From Candidatus Methylomirabilota bacterium (GTDB lineage Bacteria > Methylomirabilota > Methylomirabilia > Rokubacteriales > CSP1-6): a stretch of 48,136 nt of DNA. Position numbers and translations under genes: made by a program. Below the pieces are notes generated by a model, which had not been told where the DNA came from, did no database searches, and saw nothing but the letters and a program-made list of their open reading frames with translations. Shown here piece by piece: positions 9,427 through 19,108 of this stretch (positions within the stretch are counted from its first letter, which is position 1; each line of letters begins with the position of its first letter). The stretch lies in contig JBKPAK010000054.1 in NCBI GenBank assembly GCA_046726415.1, forward strand, positions 1-48,136. Direction: 5' to 3'.

Positions 9427-11001
9427 TCAAGGTCGCGCGGGGAGGGGCGGAGTGCTCGCGGGCGGGCGGCGGTGCCGCGTGGCCTGCTCGTACGCGTATG
9501 CGATCCTGATCAACGTCGGCTCGCTCCACGCGCGGCCGAATACTTGCAGCCCGACGGGCAGGGTGTCGCGCACGAACCCCATCGGCACCGTGATCGACGG
9601 GAAGCCCGTCGGCGGCGACAGCCTGGGACTGTTGTTGCCGTGGGGCGTGTTCAGGTCCCCGATCATGCGTGGTGGGAAGGTCCACGTCGGATAGACGAGC
9701 GCGTCGACGTTGGCGTCGTCCATCGCCTTCTGCACGGCGTCGCGGAGCCGACGCCCATTCTCCGCGGCCCGCTGGCAGCGCTGGTTCTCGGGCAGGGGGG
9801 GCTCGGCCTGCCGGTCGATCAGTCGCTTCTCGATGGAGGGATGGAATTTCGTGGACTTGATGATCTCTTCCAGGCTCTTCACGGGCGCGGTGGGCCCGAG
9901 CCGCGCCAGGTAGTCGTTGATGTCGAACTTGAAGCGGATGCAGAAGAGCGTCGGTGGAGCGATGTCGTCGATCTCCGCCACGCGGATCGGATCGACGATC
10001 TGGGCCCCCTGTCGCTGCAGGTCAGCCAGGGCCTGCTCCATGCGCTTCATCACCTCGGGGTCGGTGTTCTGCGGCGTGAAGAGCTGCCGCACCACCCCGA
10101 GCCGCGCGCCCTTCAGGCCGTCCTTGACGAGGAACTTCATGTAACTGTCCGGCCGCTTGCCCTGGCTGGCCGCGGTGACCGGATCGGCCGGATCGTAACC
10201 GGCGATCACCTCGAAGATCGCCACGGCGTCTGTCACCGTTCTGGCCATGGGGCCGCCGATGTCCTTGTCCAGGAAGAGCGGAACGATCCCGTCGCGACTG
10301 GTGAGGCCCATCGTGGAGCGGATCCCGACCAGGCTGGTGTGGGATGACGGCCCGCGGATGGAATTCCCCGTGTCGGTCCCCAGCCCGACGGCGCCGAAGT
10401 TTGCCGCAACCGCGGCCGCCGTGCCTCCGCTGGAGCCGGCGGTGACGCGGTCGAGCGCGTAGGGGTTCCGCGTGTAGCCGGGGAGCAGTGAGCCAACGGT
10501 CTCGAACGGATCGAAGGCGAACTCCGCCATGTTGGTCTTCACGAGCATGATGGCGCCGGCCTCCCGCAGCTTCTTGATCTGAAAGGCGTCTCGCGGGGGA
10601 ATCGATCCCTTCAGCGAGAGCGAGCCGGCGGAGGTCGGCATGTCCACCGTGTCGTAGTTGTCTTTCACGAGGATCGGCACGCAGTGCAGGGGGCCAGTGG
10701 GTCCGGACTGGGCGAACCTGGCGTCGAACGCGTCGGCGATGGTGAGCGCGTTGGCGTTGATTGCGGTGATCGAGTTCAGGGCCGGCCCCTTCTTGTCGTA
10801 CGCCTCGATGCGGTCGAGGTACATCTGGACCAGCCCACGGCAGGTCAGCGTCCGCGCCGTCAGGGCCGCGTGGATGTCGGCGATGGTGGCCTCGTCAGTT
10901 CGAAAGAGCTCGAATGCGCTGGCCACGGGCGGCGCCGTCAGGAGAAGCTCCAGCGACAGAACGAGCAGCGAAGCGATCAGCCGTGGTCGCCGGTTCCTCA
11001 T
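9427..11001 (-). CDS. Secreted amidase signature family protein
   Basis: Sec signal peptide (MRNRRPRLIASLLVL...ASA); LVKDNY, TAGSSGGTAAAVAA, GTDTGNSIRGPS. Confidence 0.9.
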   Translation of the reverse strand: MRNRRPRLIASLLVLSLELLLTAPPVASAFELFRTDEATIADIHAALTARTLTCRGLVQMYLDRIEAYDKKGPALNSITAINANALTIADAFDARFAQSGPTGPLHCVPILVKDNYDTVDMPTSAGSLSLKGSIPPRDAFQIKKLREAGAIMLVKTNMAEFAFDPFETVGSLLPGYTRNPYALDRVTAGSSGGTAAAVAANFGAVGLGTDTGNSIRGPSSHTSLVGIRSTMGLTSRDGIVPLFLDKDIGGPMARTVTDAVAIFEVIAGYDPADPVTAASQGKRPDSYMKFLVKDGLKGARLGVVRQLFTPQNTDPEVMKRMEQALADLQRQGAQIVDPIRVAEIDDIAPPTLFCIRFKFDINDYLARLGPTAPVKSLEEIIKSTKFHPSIEKRLIDRQAEPPLPENQRCQRAAENGRRLRDAVQKAMDDANVDALVYPTWTFPPRMIGDLNTPHGNNSPRLSPPTGFPSITVPMGFVRDTLPVGLQVFGRAWSEPTLIRIAYAYEQATRHRRPPASTPPLPARP

Positions 11002-11288
11002 CTCGTGCCCTCTCTTCCCCGGACCTCACCGCCGTCCGGTCAGCCTCACACCCGCGGGCGGCGTGCTCTGGCATCTTCGCAACGATCAAGCGCGGACCGC
11101 CAGTAGCCGGTGCCAAGGTCGCCGTGGGCGCACTGGGCAGGCTCGCCGAGTCTACCTCACGCGATGCCGAGGCACCGCCTATCGCTGGCGTGGAAGATCG
11201 AAGCCCAGGGCCATCACGACCGCGAGCCAACCCGAGCGGCGCGGTTTGAAACCCCCGCCTCACCTGTCCAAACGCCTCGAACGGAGGG

Positions 11289-12068
11289 ATGGTGTACGCT
11301 CGAGGGCGATCAGATGCTGCCCGGCGACCTCTGTCCGCGGCGGTGGCCAAGTGTGGGCGCGCGATAGGCGATAGAAGCACCATTCTCAACCGCTGGGGGT
11401 CCCTCGCACGATCGCGGCTTCGCCGACGAGCCGCGATCGAGCTCGGGTCCCTCGGTGGCGCGACCGCGCTGTTCCTCGCCCTGCTCCCGAACCGGCCCCT
11501 CTGGACGAACATGGGGTTGGCGCTCCTGGCGATGCTGCTGGTAGCTCTCTCGGCCCGGGAGACCCGCCGCTGCTTCTGGGGCCCGCTCGAAGAGACCTGG
11601 GCATGGCGCTTCCGTCGCTCCGCCGCGCTCGTGCTGGGGCTGAGCGCTCCCGTGGCCCTCGCGTTCGCCGCGTACGCCGCCCTAGGTGTCCAGGAACGGT
11701 CGATTGGGGTGATGCTCAGCCGGCTTTTCGGGCCCGGCTTCTGGGGGACGCTCGCCGTGTTCATCCCGTGGGCGCTCGTCCAGCAAACGCTATTTCAGTT
11801 CTATCTCTTGGGCCGGCTGCGGGCGCTCCTGCCAGGGGCAGCACCATACGCGCCCGTGGTCCTTACGGGGTTGGCGTACGGCGCAGTGCACCTGCCGGAT
11901 TGGAAGGTCGCGCTCCTGACCGCGACGGCGGGCATCCTCTGGAGCTTCGCCTACCAGCGCGACCGCGTGCTGCTGCCCCTGGCGCTCTCCCATGCTCTCC
12001 TGGGCACGACTTACTTCGGCTGGGTGCGCGGACGCTGGCTCTCCCTGGCGGTGCCTCCGGCCCCGTGA
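11289..12068 (+). CDS. CPBP (CAAX protease/Abi) family intramembrane protein, atypical motif 1
   Basis: Multiple TM helices; YGAVHL and LALSHALLG (motifs 2 and 4); motif 1 reads QQTLFQ rather than EExxFR; start uncertain. Confidence 0.65.
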   Translation: MVYARGRSDAARRPLSAAVAKCGRAIGDRSTILNRWGSLARSRLRRRAAIELGSLGGATALFLALLPNRPLWTNMGLALLAMLLVALSARETRRCFWGPLEETWAWRFRRSAALVLGLSAPVALAFAAYAALGVQERSIGVMLSRLFGPGFWGTLAVFIPWALVQQTLFQFYLLGRLRALLPGAAPYAPVVLTGLAYGAVHLPDWKVALLTATAGILWSFAYQRDRVLLPLALSHALLGTTYFGWVRGRWLSLAVPPAP

Positions 12069-12098
12069 TCCGAGGTGACTCAGGGAGTATGCGACACG

Positions 12099-12539
12099 TC
12101 AGTGCGGATGACGGGGCGCAGCGAGGGTACCCGCTTCGGCGACGACGTGGTGCACTGGCAGGCGCAACTTCCGCTGTACCCGGCGTGGGAGGTCAAGACT
12201 CAGCCAACGCGAGATACCGGGCGGCAACGTACAGACGACAATCGCGTGATAACCGGGGTGCTCGCGCACTTCGTCGACGATTGCCACGAGCGGATCCGGC
12301 GCGCCGACCGCCGTGCGGACGACGGTCGCTCCAGCGGTTTCCAGCAGCGTTCTCGCTGCTTCCGCGCGATGCGCGGCCACGTCCACGGTTTCGCCCTCCC
12401 AGCTGAAGGTCGAACCCGGCGCGGTGGGCACCAGCACCGCGAACTCAGCGGCGGCGTCGTCGGCCAAGAGTGCTTTCACCTTGCGCTGGAGTTCGGGGCT
12501 CGTTGCCGTCTGGTGAGCGACGATCAGGTAGCGTGGCAT
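12099..12539 (-). CDS. Conserved hypothetical protein with a USP-like alpha/beta fold
   Basis: RBS CAGGAGG; RYLIVAHQT...DPLVAI...IVVCTLPPGISRWLSLDLP; co-oriented downstream of frdD. Confidence 0.6.
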   Translation of the reverse strand: MPRYLIVAHQTATSPELQRKVKALLADDAAAEFAVLVPTAPGSTFSWEGETVDVAAHRAEAARTLLETAGATVVRTAVGAPDPLVAIVDEVREHPGYHAIVVCTLPPGISRWLSLDLPRRVQRKLRLPVHHVVAEAGTLAAPRHPH

Positions 12540-12581
12540 CTTTCCGCCCTCCTGAAGTCTCTCGATGAGCAGGCCGTCGCA

Positions 12582-12932
12582 CTAGGAAATGCTCCACAGC
12601 ATGTAGCCCGCCATGGCGGTGCCCAGGAGAGCGGTGCCATAGCAGATCACGGCGATGAGCTCGGTTAGGTGTTTGAGCTGCAGTCCATCGTAGAGGGTGT
12701 AGCGAAAGCGGTGGGCCCAGTGGAAGAGGGGGAGGGAAATGAACACGAACAGGTAGAGGCGCGTCACGGGGTGCCGCACCAGACCGTGAACCGCTTCGTA
12801 GCTCGGAGCCTCCAGCCACCCGAGCGGGAAGGCCAGACCGGTGAGGAGAACATGGATCGGAAACAGAAGCGCGGCGACTGTCCCCCCCACGCTGAACAAG
12901 AACCACAGCAACGGCGTGATCGGTCTGGCCAT
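12582..12932 (-). CDS. frdD: Fumarate reductase membrane anchor subunit D
   Basis: PLLWFLFSVGGTVAALLFP and LPLFHWAHRFRY match FrdD; operon position. Confidence 0.88.
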   Translation of the reverse strand: MARPITPLLWFLFSVGGTVAALLFPIHVLLTGLAFPLGWLEAPSYEAVHGLVRHPVTRLYLFVFISLPLFHWAHRFRYTLYDGLQLKHLTELIAVICYGTALLGTAMAGYMLWSIS

Positions 12933-13355
12933 CTATGCCAACCCCCGCAGCACCATCACCGCCACGATCGCGGAGAGCACAAACCAGGCCGCGTAGTTCA
13001 CGCCGACGACGACCCAGTCGGGCACGCGCGTGCCCCGCACGCGCACCACGATGGCCTTGGGAGCCAGGTTGAACCAGGTGACGGAGTGGAGGAGGACGAA
13101 GAGGAATGTGACAGCATGGAGCGCGACGAAGAGGGGTGTCCCCATACGGGCGAGGAACTGGGCGTAGGCCTCGGGGCCCTGCGCGAGGGCCCGAACTTGC
13201 CAGAGAGAGACCCCGGCAAAGAGCGCCACGAAGACGCTGGTGAGCTCCCGCAGCACGAACCAAGCGTAGCGGCGGTTCTGGAGCCACCACCAGACCGACA
13301 CACGGCGACGGAACCACCGGGGATGGTACAGGGTATAGCCGGGCTCCGCCCTCAT
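12933..13355 (-). CDS. frdC: Fumarate reductase membrane anchor subunit C
   Basis: [20 protein letters not shown] and [14 protein letters not shown] match FrdC; ATG overlaps the frdB stop. Confidence 0.9.
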   Translation of the reverse strand: MRAEPGYTLYHPRWFRRRVSVWWWLQNRRYAWFVLRELTSVFVALFAGVSLWQVRALAQGPEAYAQFLARMGTPLFVALHAVTFLFVLLHSVTWFNLAPKAIVVRVRGTRVPDWVVVGVNYAAWFVLSAIVAVMVLRGLA

Positions 13356-14095
13356 CTCGCTCCTCGGGGCAGGAGCAAGGACTTGAACCAGTGGGCCACG
13401 CCCGCGAGCTTGTACTGCTGGATGGCCCCCGCGGGATCGACGCTCTTCGGGCACACCTTCGTGCACTCCCCCACGAAGGTGCACTCCCAGATCCCGTCCT
13501 TGCCCGAAAGAAGCTCGAGGCGCTCGGCCGCTCCCTGGTCCCTGGAATCCATGTTGTAGCGCTGCGCGAGGGCGATGGCGGCCGGGCCGACGAAGGTCGG
13601 CTCGAGCCCGTAAATGGGGCACGCGGAGTAGCACAGCATGCAGTTGATGCACATGCTGAACTGCTTGTAGGTGTCGAGCTGCGCGGGCGTCTGTAAGTAT
13701 TCGCCTTCGGAGAGAGGTTTCTCCTCCGTCCGCATGATCCAGGGCTTCACCCCGTTGAGCTTGCGCATGAAGTCGGTCATGTCCACCACGAGGTCGCGGA
13801 TGACAGGGAAATAGTCCAACGGCTCCACGCAGATGGGACCGGGCAGGAAGTCCCCGAGGAAGGCCGCGCACGTGAGCTTCGGTATGCGGTTCACCTTCAT
13901 GCCGCAACTGCCGCAGACGCCCATCCGGCAGGACCACCGGAACGACAGGGATCCGTCCAGCCGGTCCTTGATGTAGTTGAGGGCGTCGAGAATGACCCAA
14001 TCCCTCCGAAAGGGCACCTCGTAGGTCTGGAAAGAGGGCTCGGACTCCTGCTCCGGTCGATAGCGCGCGACCGAGAGTGCGAGGGTGGTCTCCAT
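13352..14095 (-). CDS. frdB: Fumarate reductase iron-sulfur subunit
   Basis: [11 protein letters not shown] (2Fe-2S), [12 protein letters not shown] (4Fe-4S), [12 protein letters not shown] (3Fe-4S). Confidence 0.93.
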   Translation of the reverse strand: METTLALSVARYRPEQESEPSFQTYEVPFRRDWVILDALNYIKDRLDGSLSFRWSCRMGVCGSCGMKVNRIPKLTCAAFLGDFLPGPICVEPLDYFPVIRDLVVDMTDFMRKLNGVKPWIMRTEEKPLSEGEYLQTPAQLDTYKQFSMCINCMLCYSACPIYGLEPTFVGPAAIALAQRYNMDSRDQGAAERLELLSGKDGIWECTFVGECTKVCPKSVDPAGAIQQYKLAGVAHWFKSLLLPRGAR

Positions 14096-14101
14096 CCGCG
14101 T

Positions 14102-15844
14102 CTACCTCCCGTACACGCGCTTTCCCGGTGGCCACCGGGTGATGCTCACCGGCAAATAGTCGACCCGAGGAGGGCCTGCCGCCGAGCGGTACGTCAGGGA
14201 GTGAGTCAAGAACTCGTGGTCGTCTCGCTCCGGGTAGTCGGTGCGCTGGTGCGAGCCCCGGGACTCCCGGCGTTGGAGGGCCGCCTGCACGATCGCTTCC
14301 GCGACGTCGAGCATGTAGGACAGCTCCAGGGCCGCCATCAGCTCCGTGTTGAAGGTGTAGCTGCTGTCGTCGAGCGTGACGTCGTGGAAGCGCTCCTGGA
14401 GGCTTTGCAGCTTCTCCACCGCTTTTTCGAGCGTGGCGCCCGTTCGATAGATGCTCGCGGCCTCCTCCATCGTCTGCTGCATCTCCGCCCGAAGGACGGC
14501 AATGCGTTCCCGACCGGCAGTCTTGCGCAGGAACTGCTCCTCGATCCGCTGCTGCTCGTCGTGACCCTGGGCCAGGATGGACGGACGCGGCGCCCGCTGT
14601 TCGCACGCGAAGGCCGCGGCCGCCTTGCCGGCCCGCGCCCCGAACACCAGGATTTCGGTGAGCGAGTTCGACCCCAGCCGGTTGGCGCCGTTGATGCTGA
14701 CACACGCAGCTTCACCGGCCGCATAGAGCCCCGGCAGCGGCGTGGCGCCGTCGAGATCTGTCGAGATCCCGCCCATCATGTAGTGGACGACGGGGCGGAC
14801 GGGGATCATCTCCCTCACCGGATCGATGTTCATGTACTTGAGGCACAGCTCGCGGACGAACGGGATTTGCCTGTCGATGAGCTTCTCGCCGAGGTGGCGA
14901 AGGTCGAGGTGCACGTAGTGACCGTACGGCCCCTCCAAGGTGCGCCCCTTCTCCTGCTCCTTGACGAACGCCTGGGAGAGCCGGTCGCGGGGGCCCAATT
15001 CCATCGAGCGCAGCACCGGCCTGGGCTCGGGCCTGCCTAGATCGTAGTCCTGGAGGTACCGGTAGCCGTCCTTGTTGAGGAGCCAGCCCCCCTCTGCGCG
15101 CGCCGCTTCGGTGATCAGGATTCCCGTAAACGGGAGCCCGGTGGGGTGGTACTGGACAAACTCCATGTCCTTGAGCGGCGCCCCCGCGCGATACGCGAGC
15201 GCCATGCCGTCACCATTCTTGATGTTCGCGTTGGTCGTGAAGGGGAAGACCTTGCCGCAGCCCCCGGTGCAGAGGACGACGGCTCTGGCCCTGATCGCTT
15301 CTATCCTCCCGCTCGCCAGCTCGATGGCCACCACCCCCTGGCAGCGCCCCTCGTCCACCAGGAGCTTCGTGACAAACCACTCGTCATATCGCTGGATGGC
15401 GTCGTACTTCAGGCTCGTCTGGAAGAGCGTGTGGAGCAAGTGGAAGCCGGTCTTGTCCGCGGCGAACCACGTCCGCTCGATCTTCATGCCGCCGAACGGA
15501 CGCACGGCGATGCGGCCGTCAGGTTCCCGGCTCCAGGGACAGCCCCAGTGCTCGAGGCGCAGCATCTCCTCCGGGGCCTCCTTCACGAAGACCTCCACCG
15601 CGGCCTGATCGCAGAGCCAGTCGCCCCCCGAGATGGTGTCGTAGGCGTGCTCGTCGAGGCTGTCCCCCGACTTGATCACCGCCGCCGCGCCGCCCTCCGC
15701 CGAGACCGTGTGGCTGCGCATCGGATACACCTTGGAGATCACGGCCACGCGAAGCTCCGGGTGCGTCTCGGCGACGGCAATCGCCGCGCGAAGGCCAGCG
15801 CCTCCGCCACCCACCATGAGCACGTCGCACGTCAAGCGATCCAT
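14102..15844 (-). CDS. frdA: Fumarate reductase flavoprotein subunit
   Basis: [20 protein letters not shown] (covalent-FAD His), [22 protein letters not shown]; start MDRLTCDV inferred from the FrdA N-terminus. Confidence 0.95.
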   Translation of the reverse strand: MDRLTCDVLMVGGGGAGLRAAIAVAETHPELRVAVISKVYPMRSHTVSAEGGAAAVIKSGDSLDEHAYDTISGGDWLCDQAAVEVFVKEAPEEMLRLEHWGCPWSREPDGRIAVRPFGGMKIERTWFAADKTGFHLLHTLFQTSLKYDAIQRYDEWFVTKLLVDEGRCQGVVAIELASGRIEAIRARAVVLCTGGCGKVFPFTTNANIKNGDGMALAYRAGAPLKDMEFVQYHPTGLPFTGILITEAARAEGGWLLNKDGYRYLQDYDLGRPEPRPVLRSMELGPRDRLSQAFVKEQEKGRTLEGPYGHYVHLDLRHLGEKLIDRQIPFVRELCLKYMNIDPVREMIPVRPVVHYMMGGISTDLDGATPLPGLYAAGEAACVSINGANRLGSNSLTEILVFGARAGKAAAAFACEQRAPRPSILAQGHDEQQRIEEQFLRKTAGRERIAVLRAEMQQTMEEAASIYRTGATLEKAVEKLQSLQERFHDVTLDDSSYTFNTELMAALELSYMLDVAEAIVQAALQRRESRGSHQRTDYPERDDHEFLTHSLTYRSAAGPPRVDYLPVSITRWPPGKRVYGR

Positions 15845-16050
15845 CGCTTGGATGGGCCGGATGCCACGGGGTTGAGCTGCCATGGAGCGGGCACCCAGCG
15901 CTGGAACCCGGCCTGGCCGACCAGCAGCGCGAGCACCGTGCGGTTCTCATTGTTGAACCCGACCAGCGCCTGCGCCAGGGCCGGCAACGAGACGATGGTT
16001 GCGACGACCGTCGCGAACAGCAACGGAGGGAGAGAACACCGGTGACGCAT
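15832..16050 (-). pseudogene. Probable N-terminal remnant of a secreted protein (72 aa), running into the frdA start
   Basis: RBS ACAGGAGG; signal peptide MRHRCSLPPLLFATVVATIVSLPALAQA; only ~45 mature residues before a stop inside frdA. Confidence 0.55.
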
Positions 16051-16092
16051 GGTCGGCACCTCCTGTCTAAGCGGGCACCGGAAGGTGGCCAG

Positions 16093-16121
16093 ACTCTGCG
16101 CCCACTCCAAAGTGGAGTCAA
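16093..16121 (-). promoter_or_regulatory. Sigma70-like promoter with an overlapping palindromic operator
   Basis: Minus strand TTGACT-17 nt-CAGAGT; palindrome ACTCCA-AAG-TGGAGT at 16104-16118 overlaps the -35 box and spacer. Confidence 0.5.
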
Positions 16122-16238
16122 GGCCGTTCTTGAGCACCGAAGAGCCGGGCCGCTAGGGACGGGACGATCACCCTTCGGGGCCCGGCGCGAAAGGCCACTT
16201 GAAGAGGCTATCCGCTATCCGCCCTCGCGGGCCGCGCG

Positions 16239-16515
16239 TCAGCGGCGGTAGCGGCGCCGGACGAGGACATTCGAGACGAGGCTCAGCGAGAGCGTCGCCG
16301 TCATCAGCACGAACGACAGCGCGGCGCCGAACGGCCAGTTGTTGAGGCTGGGCGAACTGGCCGTAGACGACCGGGCCCATCATCTGAAAGCGCGGCCCGC
16401 CGAGGAGGATCGGCGTGGCGTAGGCATTCATGCCAAGGATGAACACCAGAATGGCCCCCGCCAGCAGCCCCGGCATGGCCAGCGCCAGGATCACGCGCCG
16501 GAAGACCTGGAGCGG
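16239..16515 (-). pseudogene. C-terminal fragment of a PotB-like ABC permease, frameshifted
   Basis: LQVFRRVILALAMPGLLAGAILVFILGMNAYATPILLGG, then in another frame NWPFGAALSFVLM...RRYRR*; no N-terminal half. Confidence 0.7.
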
Positions 16516-16686
16516 CCGTGGGCCACCCCGCCCGTGAGTTCGCCCGTCGCGGGATCGAGAAGCGTCGCGTTGCGGACTAGGATCATGGGCGGGGAACGTA
16601 GGATACTTCAGGGCGCTGACGCTTCCAGGTTGGAAGCGAGCGCAGCCGGAGGCCACGACGCCTATCACGTCCAGCGGGAGGAACCC

Positions 16687-17475
16687 ATGAGTGCGATCGC
16701 GATTCACAAGGATATCGGCGTCACCATTGCGGGCCACATCGGTCAGATCGAGATCCAGCGGCCGCCCCACAACTACTTCGACAACGCGCTCATCAACGAG
16801 ATCGCGGACGCCCTGGAGGCGTTCGACCGCGACCCCGCGTGCCGCGCCGTGGTGCTCTGCGCCCAGGGCAAGTCGTTCTGCGCAGGAGCCGACTTCGCGA
16901 ATCGCCCGGCCACGGGAGCGAGCGCGGAGGGCGGCAGCAGCAAGCACCTCTACAAGGAAGCGACACGCATCTTCCGCACGAAGAAACCCATCGTGGCCGC
17001 CGTGCAGGGGGCGGCAATCGGCGGCGGCCTCGGCCTGGCGCTGGCCGCGGACTTCCGGGTGACCTGCAGCGAGGCGCGTTTCAGCGCCAACTTCAACCGG
17101 CTCGGGTTCCATCCCGGCTTCAGCCTCACCTACACGCTGCCGCGGCTCGTCGGTCAACAGAAGGCCAACCTGCTCTTCTATACGGGCCGGCGCGTCACTG
17201 GCGACGAGGCGGTGGCGATGGGCATGGCCGACGTGCTGGTGCCGCTGGCCGAGGTCCGCGACGCCGCCACCGCGCTGGCCACCGAGATCGCCCAGTCCGC
17301 GCCGCTCGCCGTGCAGTCCACCCGCGAGACGATGCGGCGCGGCTTCGCGGACGCTGCCGAGCAAGCCACGGAGCGGGAGCTCACCGAGCAGGACTGGACG
17401 CGCAAGACGGCCGACTTCAAGGAAGGGGTGAAGGCCTGGTCGGAGCGGCGCCTGCCGAACTTCGAGGGCCGTTGA
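16687..17475 (+). CDS. Enoyl-CoA hydratase/isomerase family protein
   Basis: RBS GGGAGGAA; SFCAGADF, KPIVAAVQGAAIGGGLGLALAADFR, DFKEGVKAWSERRLPNFEGR. Confidence 0.93.
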   Translation: MSAIAIHKDIGVTIAGHIGQIEIQRPPHNYFDNALINEIADALEAFDRDPACRAVVLCAQGKSFCAGADFANRPATGASAEGGSSKHLYKEATRIFRTKKPIVAAVQGAAIGGGLGLALAADFRVTCSEARFSANFNRLGFHPGFSLTYTLPRLVGQQKANLLFYTGRRVTGDEAVAMGMADVLVPLAEVRDAATALATEIAQSAPLAVQSTRETMRRGFADAAEQATERELTEQDWTRKTADFKEGVKAWSERRLPNFEGR

Positions 17476-17494
17476 CGACATGGCACAATGACGT

Positions 17495-18331
17495 ATGCCA
17501 GCTCATCAGGCTGTCCTCGTTCCCGAGTTCCTCTACGGCACCGCCTGGAAGGAAGATCGGACTCCGGCCCTCACCGAACTCGCGCTCCGGATGGGTTTCC
17601 GGGGCATCGATACCGCCAACCAGCGGCGGCATTACTTCGAGGCTGGAGTCGGTGAGGGACTGGCCGCGGCCTACCGCGCCGGCGTCGTCACGCGCGCGGA
17701 GCTTTTCCTACAAACGAAGTTCACCTATCGGCCAGGCCAGGATCACCGGCTCCCCTACGACCCGGCGGCCGACCTTTCCACGCAGGTCGCCCAGTCGATG
17801 GCAAGCTCGCTCGAGCACGTCGGGACAGACCATGTCGACAGCTACGTCCTGCATGGGCCGGCCTCCGGCCACGGCTGGACCGAGTACGATGCCGAGGTCT
17901 GGGCGGCGATGGGACGCGAGCGCGACGCCGGGCGCACGCGGTTCCTCGGCGTGAGCAACGTCTCCCTGCGGCACCTCGAGCAGATGACGGCCAGCGGCGC
18001 CGAGGCCCCAGCGTTCGTCCAGAACCGCTGCTTCGCCCGATTCGGCTGGGACCGCGATGTGCGAGCGTTCTGCATCGACCGGAAGATCGTCTATCAGGGC
18101 TTCTCCTTGCTCACCGCCAACCCTGAGGTGCTGGGGCACGCCCTGGTCGCCCGCATCGCCGCGCGCGGCAATGCCACGCAGGCCCAAGTGGTATTCCGCT
18201 TTGCGCAGGCCGTCGGGATGCTGCCGCTGACCGGCACCTCCAGCGCCGAGCACATGCAGCAGGATCTGGCCAGCCGCGACCTGGCGCTCTCCGCCGATGA
18301 GGTGCGGGCGCTCGAGTCGCTAGCCGGCTGA
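17495..18331 (+). CDS. Aldo/keto reductase
   Basis: LYGTAWK, GFRGIDTA, FLQTKF, DSYVLHGP, LGVSNV. Confidence 0.88.
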   Translation: MPAHQAVLVPEFLYGTAWKEDRTPALTELALRMGFRGIDTANQRRHYFEAGVGEGLAAAYRAGVVTRAELFLQTKFTYRPGQDHRLPYDPAADLSTQVAQSMASSLEHVGTDHVDSYVLHGPASGHGWTEYDAEVWAAMGRERDAGRTRFLGVSNVSLRHLEQMTASGAEAPAFVQNRCFARFGWDRDVRAFCIDRKIVYQGFSLLTANPEVLGHALVARIAARGNATQAQVVFRFAQAVGMLPLTGTSSAEHMQQDLASRDLALSADEVRALESLAG

Positions 18332-18419
18332 CCGCACGGGTCGAGCCTGAGTCGCTAGCCGGCTGACCGCACGGGTCGAGCCTGAGTCGCTAGCCGGCTG
18401 ACTGCACGGGTTCGAGCAT
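18314..18419. repeat. Three tandem copies of a 35-bp unit spanning the AKR stop codon
   Basis: GAGTCGCTAGCCGGCTGACCGCACGGGTCGAGCCT at 18314 and 18349 (identical) and a diverged copy at 18384; no spacers. Confidence 0.95.
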
Positions 18420-18431
18420 AGGCCTCGAACC
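18409..18431. terminator. Hairpin between convergent genes, possible terminator
   Basis: GGTTCGAG-cataggc-CTCGAACC, 8-bp stem; no adjacent U-tract. Confidence 0.35.
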
Positions 18432-18511
18432 ACGAGTTGCCGGGCCATTTTTGGCCTCTATCATCGACTGAAACCAGCGGTCAGCGCCCGCGCTGATCTC
18501 GCCGCCGCTGT

Positions 18512-18925
18512 CTACTCGTACATCGGCCGGTGGTCTTTCAGCTGGAGCCAACCGCGCGCCACCCGGTAGATGAACCAAAGCCCGACGACCCCGAGCGGCA
18601 GCCAGGCAATCAGCAGGCCGATGCCAAGCGTGGCCGCCACGAAAAGCAGGCAGAGCGTCACCCACAGTAGCCCAAACCAAAACGTGCGGATTTGCCAGCG
18701 GAAATGCGACTCGAGCCACGTCCCGCGCGCCTCGCTCCGCTTCACGTAGTTCAGGATGACGGCGATGATCGAGGGCCAGCCGGTGAGAAACGCACCCACG
18801 ACGGTCGCGGTGCCGATGATCCCCGTGATCAGGCTGAGGGCGTGGAGGCCGTACACGACGTGGGTCACGGTGATCAGGGACGGAGCTGGCTCGGCGGTGG
18901 CGGTCTGGACACGCTCCTCACGCAC
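18512..18925 (-). CDS. DUF4870-like membrane protein
   Basis: RBS CCAGGAGG + GTG; IIAVILNYVKRSEARGTWLESHFRWQIRTFW and WFIYRVARGW. Confidence 0.8.
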   Translation of the reverse strand: MREERVQTATAEPAPSLITVTHVVYGLHALSLITGIIGTATVVGAFLTGWPSIIAVILNYVKRSEARGTWLESHFRWQIRTFWFGLLWVTLCLLFVAATLGIGLLIAWLPLGVVGLWFIYRVARGWLQLKDHRPMYE

Positions 18926-19108
18926 GGGTGTCCTCCTGGTGTGGTGGTCTCCGGCACTGGCTTGCTCATTCAGTGATCTCGACGAGGGTACCCGCCTGGC
19001 AGATCGCGAAGAACACACCGGCGCGTCGCGGCGGATCGCCACGCGCCGGCGTCCTGGAGGCGGATACTCCCGGGGGCGGGAGTATAACTCATAGTGAGGA
19101 CCGAGGTC

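Noticed and set aside
18314-18419. 35-bp repeats as a CRISPR array
   Set aside because: Copies are directly adjacent with no spacers, and there is no cas operon
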